DNA from: Selaginella moellendorffii
Taxonomy: Eukaryota > Plantae > Lycopodiophyta
Direction: 5' to 3'
DNA length: 64,000 nt
NCBI RefSeq assembly: GCF_000143415.4
Contig: NW_003314351.1
Coordinates: 121,490 to 185,489, forward strand
Shown here: piece by piece, positions 12,705 to 24,672 of the stretch
Layout of the letters: the number at the start of each line of letters is the position of its first letter
Position numbering within the stretch: position 1 is the stretch's first letter
The notes under the pieces: model-generated
Told to the model about the DNA's origin: nothing
The model's input: the letters and a program-made list of their open reading frames with translations, nothing else
Databases searched by the model: none
Made by a program: the position numbers and the translations under genes

Positions 12705-14460
12705 AAAGTTGATCCATTATTATCAACATTATTTCTCACATGTTACACTATTACATTGGGGTGGTCATGACCACAAGGAACCTCTCTTTTATGAGGTGTT
12801 CCACACTGCTAAGTACAAATGAAGGCCTTTAGCTCATGAAGCTCATATAAGAATTTACCATGCTTTGAGAATGCCCTACATATTGTGTATGCTGTTTCCC
12901 TGTAGACTTTTGCTATTTAAGTTATTGTTTATCGTGTGAGCTTACGATTGATCATGAGATGCTGCAGATTTCCAGCTGGAGATTTATCCCTGATGATTAG
13001 AAGTTGTACTGTTGTCATGTGAACAAGTCATTCCACAATCTTCGATGTTTTCTGTGAGCACTTATTATGTACCCAATTAATTCTGCCACATCAGTTCCAA
13101 ATCTAACGGTTCATGTAGGCCCAAGCATTGGTGTCGGAAGATCACGGAATGACTCGAACATGAATGGAGAATCACTCAGACTTCCAGCCTACACAACACA
13201 AGTTTTGTTTTCTAGTCTACCAGAATCCAAGCTCCATCGAAACTGGATTGCATTGTCTGGCATTGCAGGTTACTACCTCGCTCAGCACATAAAATTCTCA
13301 TGCGATAAATCCAGATGATAAAATCATCTCAAAGCTCGTCTCCTTGTGATGACACGCTGATATCAGATGGTCAACCATGTTGAGCTTCGTTTTCTTTTCC
13401 AAGAGCACAGGAAGGTAAGCTTCATACGTCTAGTTTTGGGACCACTGCATTCGAGTTCTTTTCGCTTGTCTTGGTTTTCCTTGGCCCCATAGAGTCGCTC
13501 TTTACTTTCTTGTCAAAGCAAGAGTTCTGTGAATCTCTTTGTCTTTGCATAGTCCTTTCTTTTTCCACTTGTCATTCTTATCATTTCACGAATCTGAGAT
13601 GCTTCCCGGTAGATGCAGATTTTTGGCGAGCAAATACGCGAGGAGGTCACAAGCTTTCCTAGTAGCAGCGATGAGAAACTCAATCTGCACGCCAATCTTC
13701 TACAAAACAGCCTTAGCAACCGTGAACGAGGATCAGGATGGTTTTCAAGAGAGGAACTCTTCAAAGCCTGACCACTCCAACTTCTTGAAAAGCAACTCTC
13801 TCTCCGGGAGTCAGCAGTGGATGTTCACTTGGTGCGCTCACAACGCCAGCGTCTGCAAGGATCCGGCAAAGTTTCCATCAGGTGGGACGAAGTGCTGCTG
13901 GAACAGGTTCTGCATCAACACTAGAGTGGATCCTAGCAATTGTGGAGGATGTAACAAGCCTTGCACGTATGGCTTTAGCTGCTGTCCGGGAAGTGTATAG
14001 ATTTACTCGTGATCGAAAGCACTGTCGGAGCTGCGACAATGTTTGCTCCAAGCACAGTCAGTGAGAGTTTGGGCTGTCTGGATATGCGAGCTGGGAGAAG
14101 AAGAAGGCTTCTCCAAAGTATCCCTGGTAAGCGTGAAGAACAACGTGAGAACAACACAGCGTGGTAAATTACTTGAAAGATTGGGGGAATCACTTGGAAG
14201 AAATAATGCTGGCAGATTTCCAGCCATGAACATGGATGGTCGATGAAAATTCTTATGGAATTTTAGTGCGGAATGTTATCAAGTCTGTGTAATTTTTTCT
14301 TTCTTTACAAATGCGGTCTAGAAATGCTCAGAAATTCACATTAGTCTAAAGCTTAATCGGGCGCCAAGATCAGCTGGTCCGGATTAACTATTTGCGGATT
14401 CTACCGAGCGTAAGGGGTTCTATTGCTGCTTAAGTAGAACTTTAATCTATGATCAAACAG
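12705..14460 (+). repeat. Segmental duplicate (copy 1) of the STIG1 locus at ~20985-22560
   Basis: Colinear similarity across upstream, coding and downstream sequence (e.g. ctgctaagtac..., gtagaactttaatct.tgatcaaac). Confidence 0.9.
13671..14130 (+). pseudogene. STIG1: STIG1-family pseudogene
   Basis: Near-identical to 21748-22251, but with a deletion in the signal peptide, a frameshift after CCPG and a TGC->TGA nonsense change. Confidence 0.88.
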
Positions 14461-15149
14461 GCGTTCTTGCGCAAAAGGTCTGGGTGTCCACGATCAAATT
14501 CGAAGTGTCAAGCTAAAAAAAACTCTTTTTTCTTTCCAGGAGTTTGGCATCATTCACTGAGGAGCTGGAAACATGAGAGGGTTCTTCACGGGTCCCACAA
14601 CCATCTTGTTTGATTTTGGAGGACATGGTATAACTATGTGAGTTCTTGCAATTCTAGAGTTTGTTCTTCTTCTAACATATAGAAACTTGATCTTCCAGAG
14701 AGATTTTGGAAGCCATGCATTTGCTGGAGAACTTTGGATTTGTCTACCTATTAGCAGTTCTTTACATCCTCGTTCTCTTGATCGTGATCTCCACCCCTCT
14801 GTCTACTGGGCTTATGGTGGAAGAATCAAACACTCTCGCCATGCTGCCACCTTCGCACTGGAAGAGATTTGCAATCTTCTCCTCATACATCCATACAACT
14901 TAAGGGTTTTTCTAATTCAGTTTTACGGCAATCATTCAACGGATATTCAGAGTATATACTTAAACTAATCACCATTTTCCTTTTTATCGTTTTTTATAAA
15001 ATATTTTTTGTTTTTTGTTTCCTTTATTAATAATTTTAACAAGAAAATCTAATGAATTTATATTATTCTTCTTATTATTAAATTTAATTGGATCTTTTTT
15101 CTCCTTGAGAATCATTAAAGCTAGGAACTATGACAATTATTTTTTATTT

Positions 15150-15402
15150 TTAACAGATATTTTTATTTACAAATGAAAAATGTGTAGAACAGCTCGTCCA
15201 GCCTGAACATACATTATAAAAACTATGTTGTAAGTTATAATACTTTTTATTGTTATAGTTTAATAATAAATCAGTATGAGAAGGTCCTGTACTAGATATT
15301 GCTATATGTAATTGTCCATTATCTAATTGAACAAATCCTCCATGATTATAAGGTGTTACACACTCATCCAATATGATATTATAAGCTTCAACTATATCAT
15401 CT
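15150..15402 (-). pseudogene. 5'-truncated paralog of the secreted protein at 1154-1651
   Basis: DDIVEAYNIILDECVTPYNHGG...VNKNIC aligns without gaps to the C-terminal half of the 165-aa ORF. Similarity stops abruptly at 15402. Confidence 0.85.
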
Positions 15403-16409
15403 CAGGCAGTAACCAGTCAATATCTCAAGTACTACGCATTTAGATAAAACCAAGTGTATAAAGTGAAAAGATCACTAAATGATTAACTTGATTTCTCTTT
15501 GAGTTGAGATAGAGGTGGATTTCAAGAATCCTCCCAAACAAGGGATTGATTTATAGCTTCATATCTTCAATTTGTGTTGATGGTGTTTGCAAAAATTAGA
15601 ATTGATCTAAAAGATTACAAGGAAGATAATAGAGAAATCTGGGAATAATAGGTATGGTATTTTTTTTCAACTGGGTATTTTAGTTTAAGTTGTAAGTGTT
15701 TTGAATTCTTGAAACTTTTTAACTGTTTTTCAAATGGTGACTTTTTTTAACCTGATGTTGTGACATTTTTTTCACCAATTTTAGTTTAAATTTTATGGTT
15801 TGTTTTCAAGTTGTATGGTTGATGAGCATTTTAGTGACAAACCATAAGTTAGAAAAGTCATATGCTCAAGTTGTTACAACTTGAAAAACCCAAATTTTAA
15901 TCCAAAGACGAGGAGAAAGCACAAAAAAAGAAGAAGATCAAGTAAGAGGATAGTACTTTAAAAGAAGTTTTCTCTATATTAGCTTCAACTTTTAGTTAAC
16001 ACTCTCTATATCATAATGAATGCCAAATGATGCAATGCATTAGCCTTAAGTCTCTTTAAAAACAAAATAGATTTAGAAGTGAGAGTTAGATTTCCTAAAA
16101 ATTACCTTAGCTTTTGTTGCTAACTAATGTTTTTGAACTGATCAAACCCTTCTAAGGCTCATTGCAATTCACCCCCCACTACTTAATCTATTACTCAAAT
16201 TCTATAGAATCATAAGTAGCTGCTTTCGCAGTTTTTATAACTCTTAGTGACTTCATAGCTTTGATTGATGATGAAACTTATTATTTTAAAATGATTTTTT
16301 TCTATTAATTCCTAAGAAGCCTGATCAACTGAATTAGGATCTAATTTATCATGTGTATAATCCAAAGGTTGTGGAGGATTAAACATTTGATCCTTCACAT
16401 TCTTTATTA

Positions 16410-16620
16410 TTGAGTCATTTCTTTTTAGTAAAATCCTAAAATAAGCCTTCAACATCCCAAATTCTCTTTCGGTTGCCATCCTTATACTTGACTGAATAAA
16501 ATTCCAATACTCCTAATAATATTGAAATCCATTATTTGATAATTTGAACAGACTCAACATATATAGCTTTGGAGGATATCCTACATTGCCAACTAGTGCA
16601 TCCCTTCTAGGATATGACCG
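16410..16620 (-). mobile_element. PIF/Harbinger transposase (DDE_Tnp_4) fragment
   Basis: The minus strand reads LVGNVGYPP ... YWNFIQSSIRMATEREFGMLKAYFRILLKR, the Harbinger C-terminal catalytic ERAFG.LK.RFRIL block. Confidence 0.75.
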
Positions 16621-16709
16621 CTTGGGATTCTCTGGCCAATGGTGTTCGCAAACTCCAATTTTCATTTTATTTTAGTCATTTAACCATGTCTTAACCACTT
16701 GAAGGAGTA

Positions 16710-19440
16710 TCACTCACAACTTTCATCTTTATCTAACTTAAGGGGCTTGCTAACCCTTATAGTTGCTCTTAAAGCTAACCCAAGTGTTCCACATATCCAA
16801 TCCCACTATAGATACCCAAAGGTATCACTAATATACTAGTCTATTATGATAAGGCCATATCTATTCACACTTATTTTATTGATAGTCCAAAACCACTCGC
16901 ATAATAGTTCTATCTCTCCAAAACTAGACTATCTATCCATGAGTAGTCCACATTTTAACATCCTTAAGATGCCCTAAGACATGTGGAACACTATCCCCTA
17001 ATATATGTTCTTTAAGTCCCTTTTCGTTTATGGTACTGCTTGCCAACACCACCACTGGCCAAGAGCCCGAAAGGCCATTTTGTAATTCCCACTATCTTCA
17101 CCACATAACTATACCCTTGCTCACCAAACAAAAGGACCACTCTTCTTTTTTCCACGGTGTGGCATTTTGGGATGATATTTTAAAACACTGTAGCTCAATA
17201 TGAACTTTTTAGGTACTCTCCCCACCTTTTGCCTTTATGGTGCCTTAGTTATATGGCTAAAGTGAGGTTTTGATAAGCTACACAAGGTATTGAAGCAGGT
17301 AATACCACCTACACTTGAATTAAGTAAATTAACCATTCAATCTTCTAAGGGAGTTAAAGGTGGCTCTTGAATACTTCACCAAGCCACCTCACTTGTCTAT
17401 TTATATTCACTTTAACTTTGTGTTCATATTACCACCCACCATGTAAGTATAACTTTCTTTAGTCACACTAACCTTCCCTAGTCATATTAGTTCTAGTGGG
17501 GTCTTCCCCCTACTATCCCACAAGGATTTTCCAAACCCTCTAGAGTTTGGAAGATGATCGCTTTAGGATTTCATCTTCAATCTTAGTCTTGGTCTTGGTC
17601 TCGATTGTGGTCGCAATCCTAAACCCAAACTCCCTCTTGGATTCAGCATTGGACTCTATCTTGGACTTGGTCTTAGACTTGGTTTTGACACTTCCACGTA
17701 TGTGTCATGACACTTGCCATGTGTCAATCCTTCTTATATCCCTTTTTAAAGACTCATTTATCAATTGTTCATGTTTGTTCCTCGAGCACTTCTTTAGGAG
17801 TTCCATTCCTACTCTCGACTTTTCAAGTTAGAGGTATTGATCTAAATGTGTTATACTTATTAAACTTCTACTTTGGCATGACACATTTTCAGCTCCACAT
17901 TGGGGTTTAAAGATTTGTATTTTACAATAGTCCAATCATGAAGACTTCATATCTAGCCAAAGTTGTGATCCTAGATCATACACTTTGCTAAGACAATCAT
18001 TTAGTAAAGTGGAAACTTCTTCAATTATGTAAGTGATTAAGTTTTCCATTTTACTTTAGTCAGTTAACCACACTTTTGAGTATTTGGAAGAGTCTCACTC
18101 ACAATCTCCATAAGTCTTATTCCTAACTTAGGGAATTGTTACCATAAATGTCTTCTATACCACTCTACCTTTGTATTTAGTCCAAATGCTCCATATGTCC
18201 GATCCATTATAGACACCCCAAATGTACCATTAACATACTAACCTGTTATGCTAAATTTATATTCATTTACCTTTGTTTCATTAGTAGTTCAAAATCACTT
18301 GTAACATAATCTTATTTCTCAAAGACTGGGCCATCTGTCCATGAATAGTCATCCCATAACCATAACTTAGCATCTTTAAGATGCCTAGAAATATGGAGAG
18401 CACCCTTCTTCAATATCTCTACTTTGGTCCCTACCAAATCCCTCTTCGTCCACAGCCGTACTCACCAATACTATTATTGGGTCAGGGTTCAAAGGTTTGG
18501 CAACTAAATCCTATTGACCTCTGGGACTTCCTCACCATATGACTATATCCTTGGTCACTACACAAAAAAACTATTCCTCTTTCTTTCCACAATCCGAGAC
18601 TTTAGGATAACATTTTGAAATACTATGGCGTTATATAAGCCTTATAGGTACTCTCCCCACCTTTTGCCCTTAGATGCCTAGCCATGTGGCTAGAGTGAGG
18701 TTTCGTTAAGCCATATCAAGTATCCAAGTAGGTAATGCTACCCACACTTGGATTAGGAGCATTGACCATTCAATTTCCCAAGGGATTTAAAACTGACTCT
18801 TGAACACTTCACCAAGTTACTTCACTAATCTATCTATATTCACTTTAGCTTTGAACTCCTCAATAGTTATATCATTATACACCATATGAGTGTAGCCTTT
18901 TTGGGTCATACTAGCTTTTCCTGGCTAAAATAGTTCTATTGAAGTTTAACCCCCACACTCTCCATACTATACTTTTAAAACCCCTCTCCATACTATACTT
19001 TTAAAACCCCTCGCAGCCTTGGACCCCCCCCCCCCCCCCCCCCGGGGGGGACAATCGCTTTGGGCTTTCACACTTTGACCTATATTAGTATTTAGACTCG
19101 AATTCAGTTTTGGTCTTGGCCTCAATCTTGAACCCAGTTTTAATCTCCATCTTAGATTTGACCTCGGACTTCACTTTAAACCCCATCTCATCTCAGACTC
19201 CATCTTAAACTTGGTCATAACATTTGTATGTGTTAGTCCTTCTTATTTCCCTTTTTATAAACTCATTCATTAATCACTTTATGTTCATTCTTCGAGCACT
19301 TCATTTGGAATTCCACTCACACTCTTAACTTTTCAAGTGAGAACTTTTTGTCCAGATGTGTTATACTAATTGAACTTCCGCTTCAACCACTACCACATAA
19401 CACACTTTTGGCTCCACTTTAGGGCTTAGGGATTTGTTTC
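16710..19440. repeat. Two diverged direct copies (~16710-17915 and ~18095-19440) of a decayed, probably TE-derived sequence
   Basis: Shared blocks recur with ~1.4-1.5 kb spacing: taggtactctccccaccttttgcc, cttcaccaag, cgagcacttc, tgtgttatact, gctccac. No intact ORF. Confidence 0.7.
18950..19050. repeat. ~26-bp tandem duplication followed by a long poly-C/poly-G tract
   Basis: ctctccatactatacttttaaaaccc occurs twice, followed by a C~20 run and a G7 run. Confidence 0.85.
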
Positions 19441-21747
19441 TCACAAATTGTAGTATTGTTGTGGTTCATTTGGAGCAATAATTGGTATATGGCTACAATT
19501 AGTAACTCCAATTATATGCAAAATCCTTCATAATATTTCAAACTTAGAAGCAAGTGATTGTAGCCTATCTTCTGATAGCTATTCAATATATAGCTTCTTC
19601 AGCTTCTCATCAATAATTTCACAAAATCACATATTAATCACTAAGTAGTTGTAAAACCAACTCCAAACTTATCTAACAATCTCTTTCAAGTTAGTATTAG
19701 TTTCCAAAATAGTGCAGCTTTTGTCTTACAAAGATTGCTTTTCTAAATCTAGTATTCTGTTTATGAAGTTTATATGCAATTATGCAGCATAGAAAGCTAG
19801 ATGTAGATCTACACATCTTTTAAATATCCTAGCACTATAAAAAATATATTAAGTGTGATCCATGAAAGTAATAGCTATTTTGTATAAGCAAACCTCTGGT
19901 AAAGCTCTTCTTTTTTTCTTCTTTACATTCTTAATAGTCGCTGCTAACATCTCCAGCTATAACTTTGCCATCAAGATATTAGTATTATTGATTTGGATAT
20001 AAATCATATTCAAGTTGTAAAATAATATTGCAACAAGAAGAAATTTCTTAGCTTTATATAAATCATGTAAGTAACTAAAGATAACGACTTAAGAAACAAT
20101 TCATAAAGATTCAAATATAAAAAAAAAATCAATAAATAAGAGTATTCTTCAATCGGTTAAAGGTCTTGGGATATTTAATATTAAACATTTTTGGGTTTGA
20201 ATAATATTGGGTTAAGTGACCTCCCAGAAAGTCCAAATTTAAAAGCTTATATTTGATATTTTGGTTGGCTAGGGGAATCACAACATATAAGATTGATATT
20301 TGGTAATTCCGTTTGGTTTGGCTAAACTCGATCCGAAAGGTAGGGTGTAAAGAGAGCAAGGCTCTTCGGAGAGTTATAAGGGCATGAACTTACAAAAAAT
20401 TATAGTTATTTACTCAAAAGATAATTTATAAGAGTTTAAATATAGAAGAAAGGAGCTTATTACTCTATTTTCCAATTGAGTAAGGTATTGGGATTTTAAA
20501 ATTAAGCATTTTTGGGTTTGAGTAATACTGGGTTAAGAGGTTTAAATATATAAAAAAAGGGCCCATGAATAAGAATACACCCCTTTTCCAATTAATTAAG
20601 GGTATATGTCCTAATAATATTGCACTTAAGTTTAAATTTAAAAACTTACAAAATGAACAAATATTATAAACTCAAATTAGTTATATGGCAAATTGAAGAT
20701 CATTTTTAGTGATAGGCTCTAATGGAATATAGACATAAGTGCAGTTTAAGCTAAGTCTTCACTTTTGTTAGGCTAATATACATTTCAAGTCATAAATTAA
20801 GTCACAAATTGCATGCTACCCAAGCACCACCTTGTCTCGAACTTGTTTGCGTGGACTCTGGATCTCTAGGATGTTGCCACGTGCCACTAATGTTAAAAAC
20901 TGACAGGTATTTTTCCAGAGTAAGAGCCATGAAGAACACTTATCAAAAGTACCTTGAGATAAAAGCTAATGATCTCTTACTAGGGTGATCGATTATTATC
21001 AAATTATTTCTCGATACCCTCTCCAAGGATTCCACGCTGCTAAGTACGAAAAGCCCTTTTGCTCACTAAGCCAACCATGCTTTGAGAATGTCCTTTGTAC
21101 CACTCCTGTAGACTTTTGCTATGTAAGTTTTTGTTTATCCTATGAGCTGACGATTGATCATAAAGTGCTGAAGCTGGAGATTCAGCCGTGATGATCAGAA
21201 GTCATACTGCTGTCATGTGAACACGAATGGAGAATCACACAGACTTCTCGCCTATGAAACACGAGGTTTGTTTTCTAGTACCAGAATCCGAACTGGATTC
21301 CATTTGTTCGCCATTGCAGGTTGACTTCCTAGCAGACATAGTTCTCATGCGATGATAGAATTATCTCGGCCTCCTTGGGATGACCCGCCGATATCAGATG
21401 GTCAAATAAGATGAGCTTGGTTCGTTTTCTCTTTCCAAGAGCACAGGCAAGGTAAGCTTGAGATATGCATCTACTTATTCCATACGTCTAGTTTTTGGGA
21501 CCACCGCGTTCTTATGCTTGGCTTCGTTTGCCTTGGTTTTCCTTGGTCCCGCAGAGTCCCTCTTTACTTTCTTGTCAAAGCAAGAGTTCTGTGAACCGCT
21601 TTGTCTTTGCATAGTCCTTTCTTTTTCTGCTTGTCCTTCCCAATCGTATCATTTCACGAATCTGAGATGCTTCCCGGCAGATGCAGATTTTAGGCGAGCA
21701 AATGCGCGAGGAGGTCGTAAGCTTTCCTCGGCAGAGCAGCAGCAGCG

Positions 21748-22251
21748 ATGAGAAACTCAATCTGCACGTCGGTGGTACTCGCTTTCATCTTCTACAACAC
21801 AGCCTTAGCAGCCGCGAACGAGGATGAGGATGGCTCTGAGAGGGACTCTCCAAAGCCCGGCCACTCCAACTTCTTGAGAAGCAACTATCTCTCCGGGAGC
21901 CAGCAGTGGCAGTTCACTTGGTGCGCTCACAATGCCAGCGTCTGCAAGGATCCGGCAAAGTTTCCATCGGGTGGGACGAAGTGCTGCTGGAACAGGTTCT
22001 GTGTCGACACTAAAGTGGATCCCAGCAACTGTGGAGGGTGTAACAAGCCTTGCACGTATGGCTTTAGCTGCTGTGCGGGGAAGTGCGTGGATTTGCTCCG
22101 CGATCGAAAGCACTGTGGGAGCTGCGACAATGTTTGCTCCAAGCACAACCAGTGCGAGTTTGGGCTGTGCGGATACGCGAGCTGGGAGAAGAAGAAGCCG
22201 AAGAACAAGATGAAGGCCTCTCCCCCGGCCTCTCCAAAGTATCCCTGGTAA
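21748..22251 (+). CDS. STIG1: STIG1-family secreted cysteine-rich protein (167 aa)
   Basis: Signal peptide plus the complete Stig1 Cys pattern CC...CVD...DP.NCG.C...C..G.SCC.G.CVDL..D..HCG.C...C.....C.FG.C.YA. Confidence 0.93.
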   Translation: MRNSICTSVVLAFIFYNTALAAANEDEDGSERDSPKPGHSNFLRSNYLSGSQQWQFTWCAHNASVCKDPAKFPSGGTKCCWNRFCVDTKVDPSNCGGCNKPCTYGFSCCAGKCVDLLRDRKHCGSCDNVCSKHNQCEFGLCGYASWEKKKPKNKMKASPPASPKYPW

Positions 22252-22815
22252 GCGTGAAGAACAACGCAGCGTGGTAAGTTACTTGAAAGATTGGGGTGTA
22301 TCATCTGGAAGAAATAATGTGGCAGGATTTCCAGCCATGAACATAGAATTCGATGGATGGTCGATAAAAATTCTCGTGGACGAATTTTAGTGTGGGAATG
22401 TTATAAAGTCCGTGACATTTTTATTTTCTTTGTCTTTCTTACAAACGCGTCTGGAAATGTTCAGAAATTCACGTGCTCAATAGTCTTTGAATTGAGGGCG
22501 CTGGTCCGGATTAAAGATTTGCGGAAAAGTAGAACTTTAATCTGTGATCAAACGGCATAAGGTCTGGAGCCATTGTTCCATGCAAGCTCATTGCGAGCTC
22601 TTTCTGGTGCTCGAGCTGCTTGCTGCTGCTCCACACGCGATTGGAGAGTGGTTTGTTGTTTAAATTCACAATGTTAATTGTTAATGTTGTCAAGACATGA
22701 AGAACTGGAGATTGGCCTGGAGATTCTTTCTCTGCTACTACCCATAATGTTTAATTTTTATATATGGAGGGAGATTCGCCTTAAAATCCAGCAATGCCTC
22801 CACCACTTATACATA

Positions 22816-24660
22816 TTAGTCACCACCTAGATACTCTCTATACTTCGCAGCAATATCCCTTGGACGAGCATCAGTTCGCTGCTGCAAAACAAAGCGAAGC
22901 CAACCTGCTACATTTTGAGAAAACATAGACAGGTCAACTTCCCGGAAAAAGGTATCACGTAAGCGACAGCACCCGTCCAAGTCTCCCTTGGCTGCTGCTT
23001 CTTCCCACGGCAGCTTCAAACCCGCAACATACAAGCAGGTGTAGACAACTGAGACGAGCTCGGTCACCAGATTCGGCTGCAGCCTGGTCAGGTTGCGGCA
23101 GGAGCTGAAGAGCAAGTTCCCCACCACCTCGGACGCATCCTCGTCTCGTCGCAGATCCAGCGCACACCCAAAGTCGTAAAGGTAAAACCATCGATCCGTC
23201 TTTACGTTGTACACTCCCACGTTTCTTGGATTGATGTCGCAGTGTAAGACCTTGTGGTCCTGGAAAAAGTGTTGAGAAAAAATATACGAGATCAGAAGTT
23301 TTACATCTTACGTGTAAAACCAGGACCGCCTCTGTTAGATCTTTGCAAAGCTTCTCCACAGTTCCAACATCAGCGTCGCACGGAAACTGCTCAAGGAAAG
23401 GAATTCCTTCGTTCCGTGTGACAACAGCAGGCCTGCCATGCCAGTGACCATAGAATACCAAGTTTGGTATCAATGAACAGCCACTCGACTTCAATCTTTT
23501 CAAGATCCTGCCCTCGTTTTTCACCTGGAACGAGAAAAAATACAAAAATAGAAACCACAGTAATAAGGCATGAACATTCTACAGCACTCACTTGGTTCCA
23601 CAGCATAGGTGGAAGGCATAAGTTGTGAACGGTCTTGAGAGCCTTCCGAGAATGACCGATCTTCAGCCAAAGTGGATCACTTTTCCCATCGATCACAACC
23701 TTGAAGACAGCGTTTGATAGTGATTCTGTACGAAGTTTTGTGACAATTCGTACGTTGAGGTCCGGAGTGTCTGACTTTTTGTTTCCAGCAATCAGCTCGA
23801 GCGTCGTTGGAACGCTGGGGAAACAAACGCTGTTGTATAGCGCCACTAGACAGCTTAGCCAATACAAGAATGCCAGTTCCTGAAAAGATCAAGAAGTCAA
23901 GTGATACTAGACAACGCGTTAAGGTCCACAAACCTTCTTTTGACGGTTGGATGATTGCATCGACTTGGAGCAAACGAGATCCGGAGGCTTGGCCACCATT
24001 GAACGGAAAGAAAGCTGTATTTTGTCGACAAAGACAAGAGCAACATGAAGAACATTGTCTTCCTGGATTTTCTCCCTGGATACATATTGATCGTGAGAGA
24101 AGTTTGTGCTGAGATAAAACTTAAGCTTACCGGAAAGACTTCTCGTCCAGGAACAAACTCAGATTGAAGCGAGCAGCAAAATCGTCGCAGCTCAGCAGCC
24201 CCAAACCCTTCAGCATCTCATGAGCCAGATCCCGCGTGCTATCCTTCCTTTCAAACTCCTCAAAGGCGCCGGCACGTATCTGGAACAGCCCGAGCGCGGC
24301 CATCACCCTCGACACATTCTCATGAAGAGCTCCAAAGCAACACCGCTTTCCTTCTATTTGCTCGTCGCGGCTCCTCTTGTTGGGTCTCAAACGAACACAG
24401 AAGTAGTATTTCACATCTGGAGCAATGCAAATCTCCCGCTCTGGAGCAAAAACCCTCCGCCAGAAACCATCCCCACTTTCGAAAAACGAAAATGGGCTAC
24501 CTGGGGGTATCTGTGCCCTTTCTCTGATCTGCTCCACCACATCCGCCAAGCGGACGCCTGGCTGGATGACAAGCTCACCCACTTCCTCCTGCGATAGCAC
24601 CGCCTCGGGGCTTGGCGGCAAAGGCACCATGCCAATTTTACAATATACCACGTTTGCCAT
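22816..24660 (-). CDS. Header domain + degenerate nuclease-like domain + atypical (CK1/FunK1/CR-kinase-like) protein kinase, ~538 aa, 5 exons
   Basis: Exons 24660-24131, 24075-23934, 23879-23592, 23524-23312 and 23259-22816 have GT-AG borders and splice to one open frame. Kinase motifs: AVFKV, LWLKI, KNEGRIL, VLHCDINPRN, LYDFG, GNLLFSS, LPW. Confidence 0.85.
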
Positions 24661-24672
24661 GCAGAACCCTAA
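24661..24672. promoter_or_regulatory. 12-bp spacer between divergent start codons containing a telo-box-like AACCCTAA
   Basis: The sequence reads CAT-gcagaaccctaa-ATG. Similar AACCCTA motifs sit just upstream of other starts in this window (e.g. ~49101, ~53923). Confidence 0.5.

Noticed and set aside
14520-14960. Hydrophobic short ORFs downstream of the STIG1 pseudogene
   Set aside because: Non-ATG starts and no family signature. Likely remnant sequence.
21458-21760. Hydrophobic ORFs upstream of STIG1 (also 13471-13764)
   Set aside because: They lie in a T-rich probable 5' UTR intron (aag|gtaagc ... cag), use non-ATG starts, and their frames differ between the duplicates.
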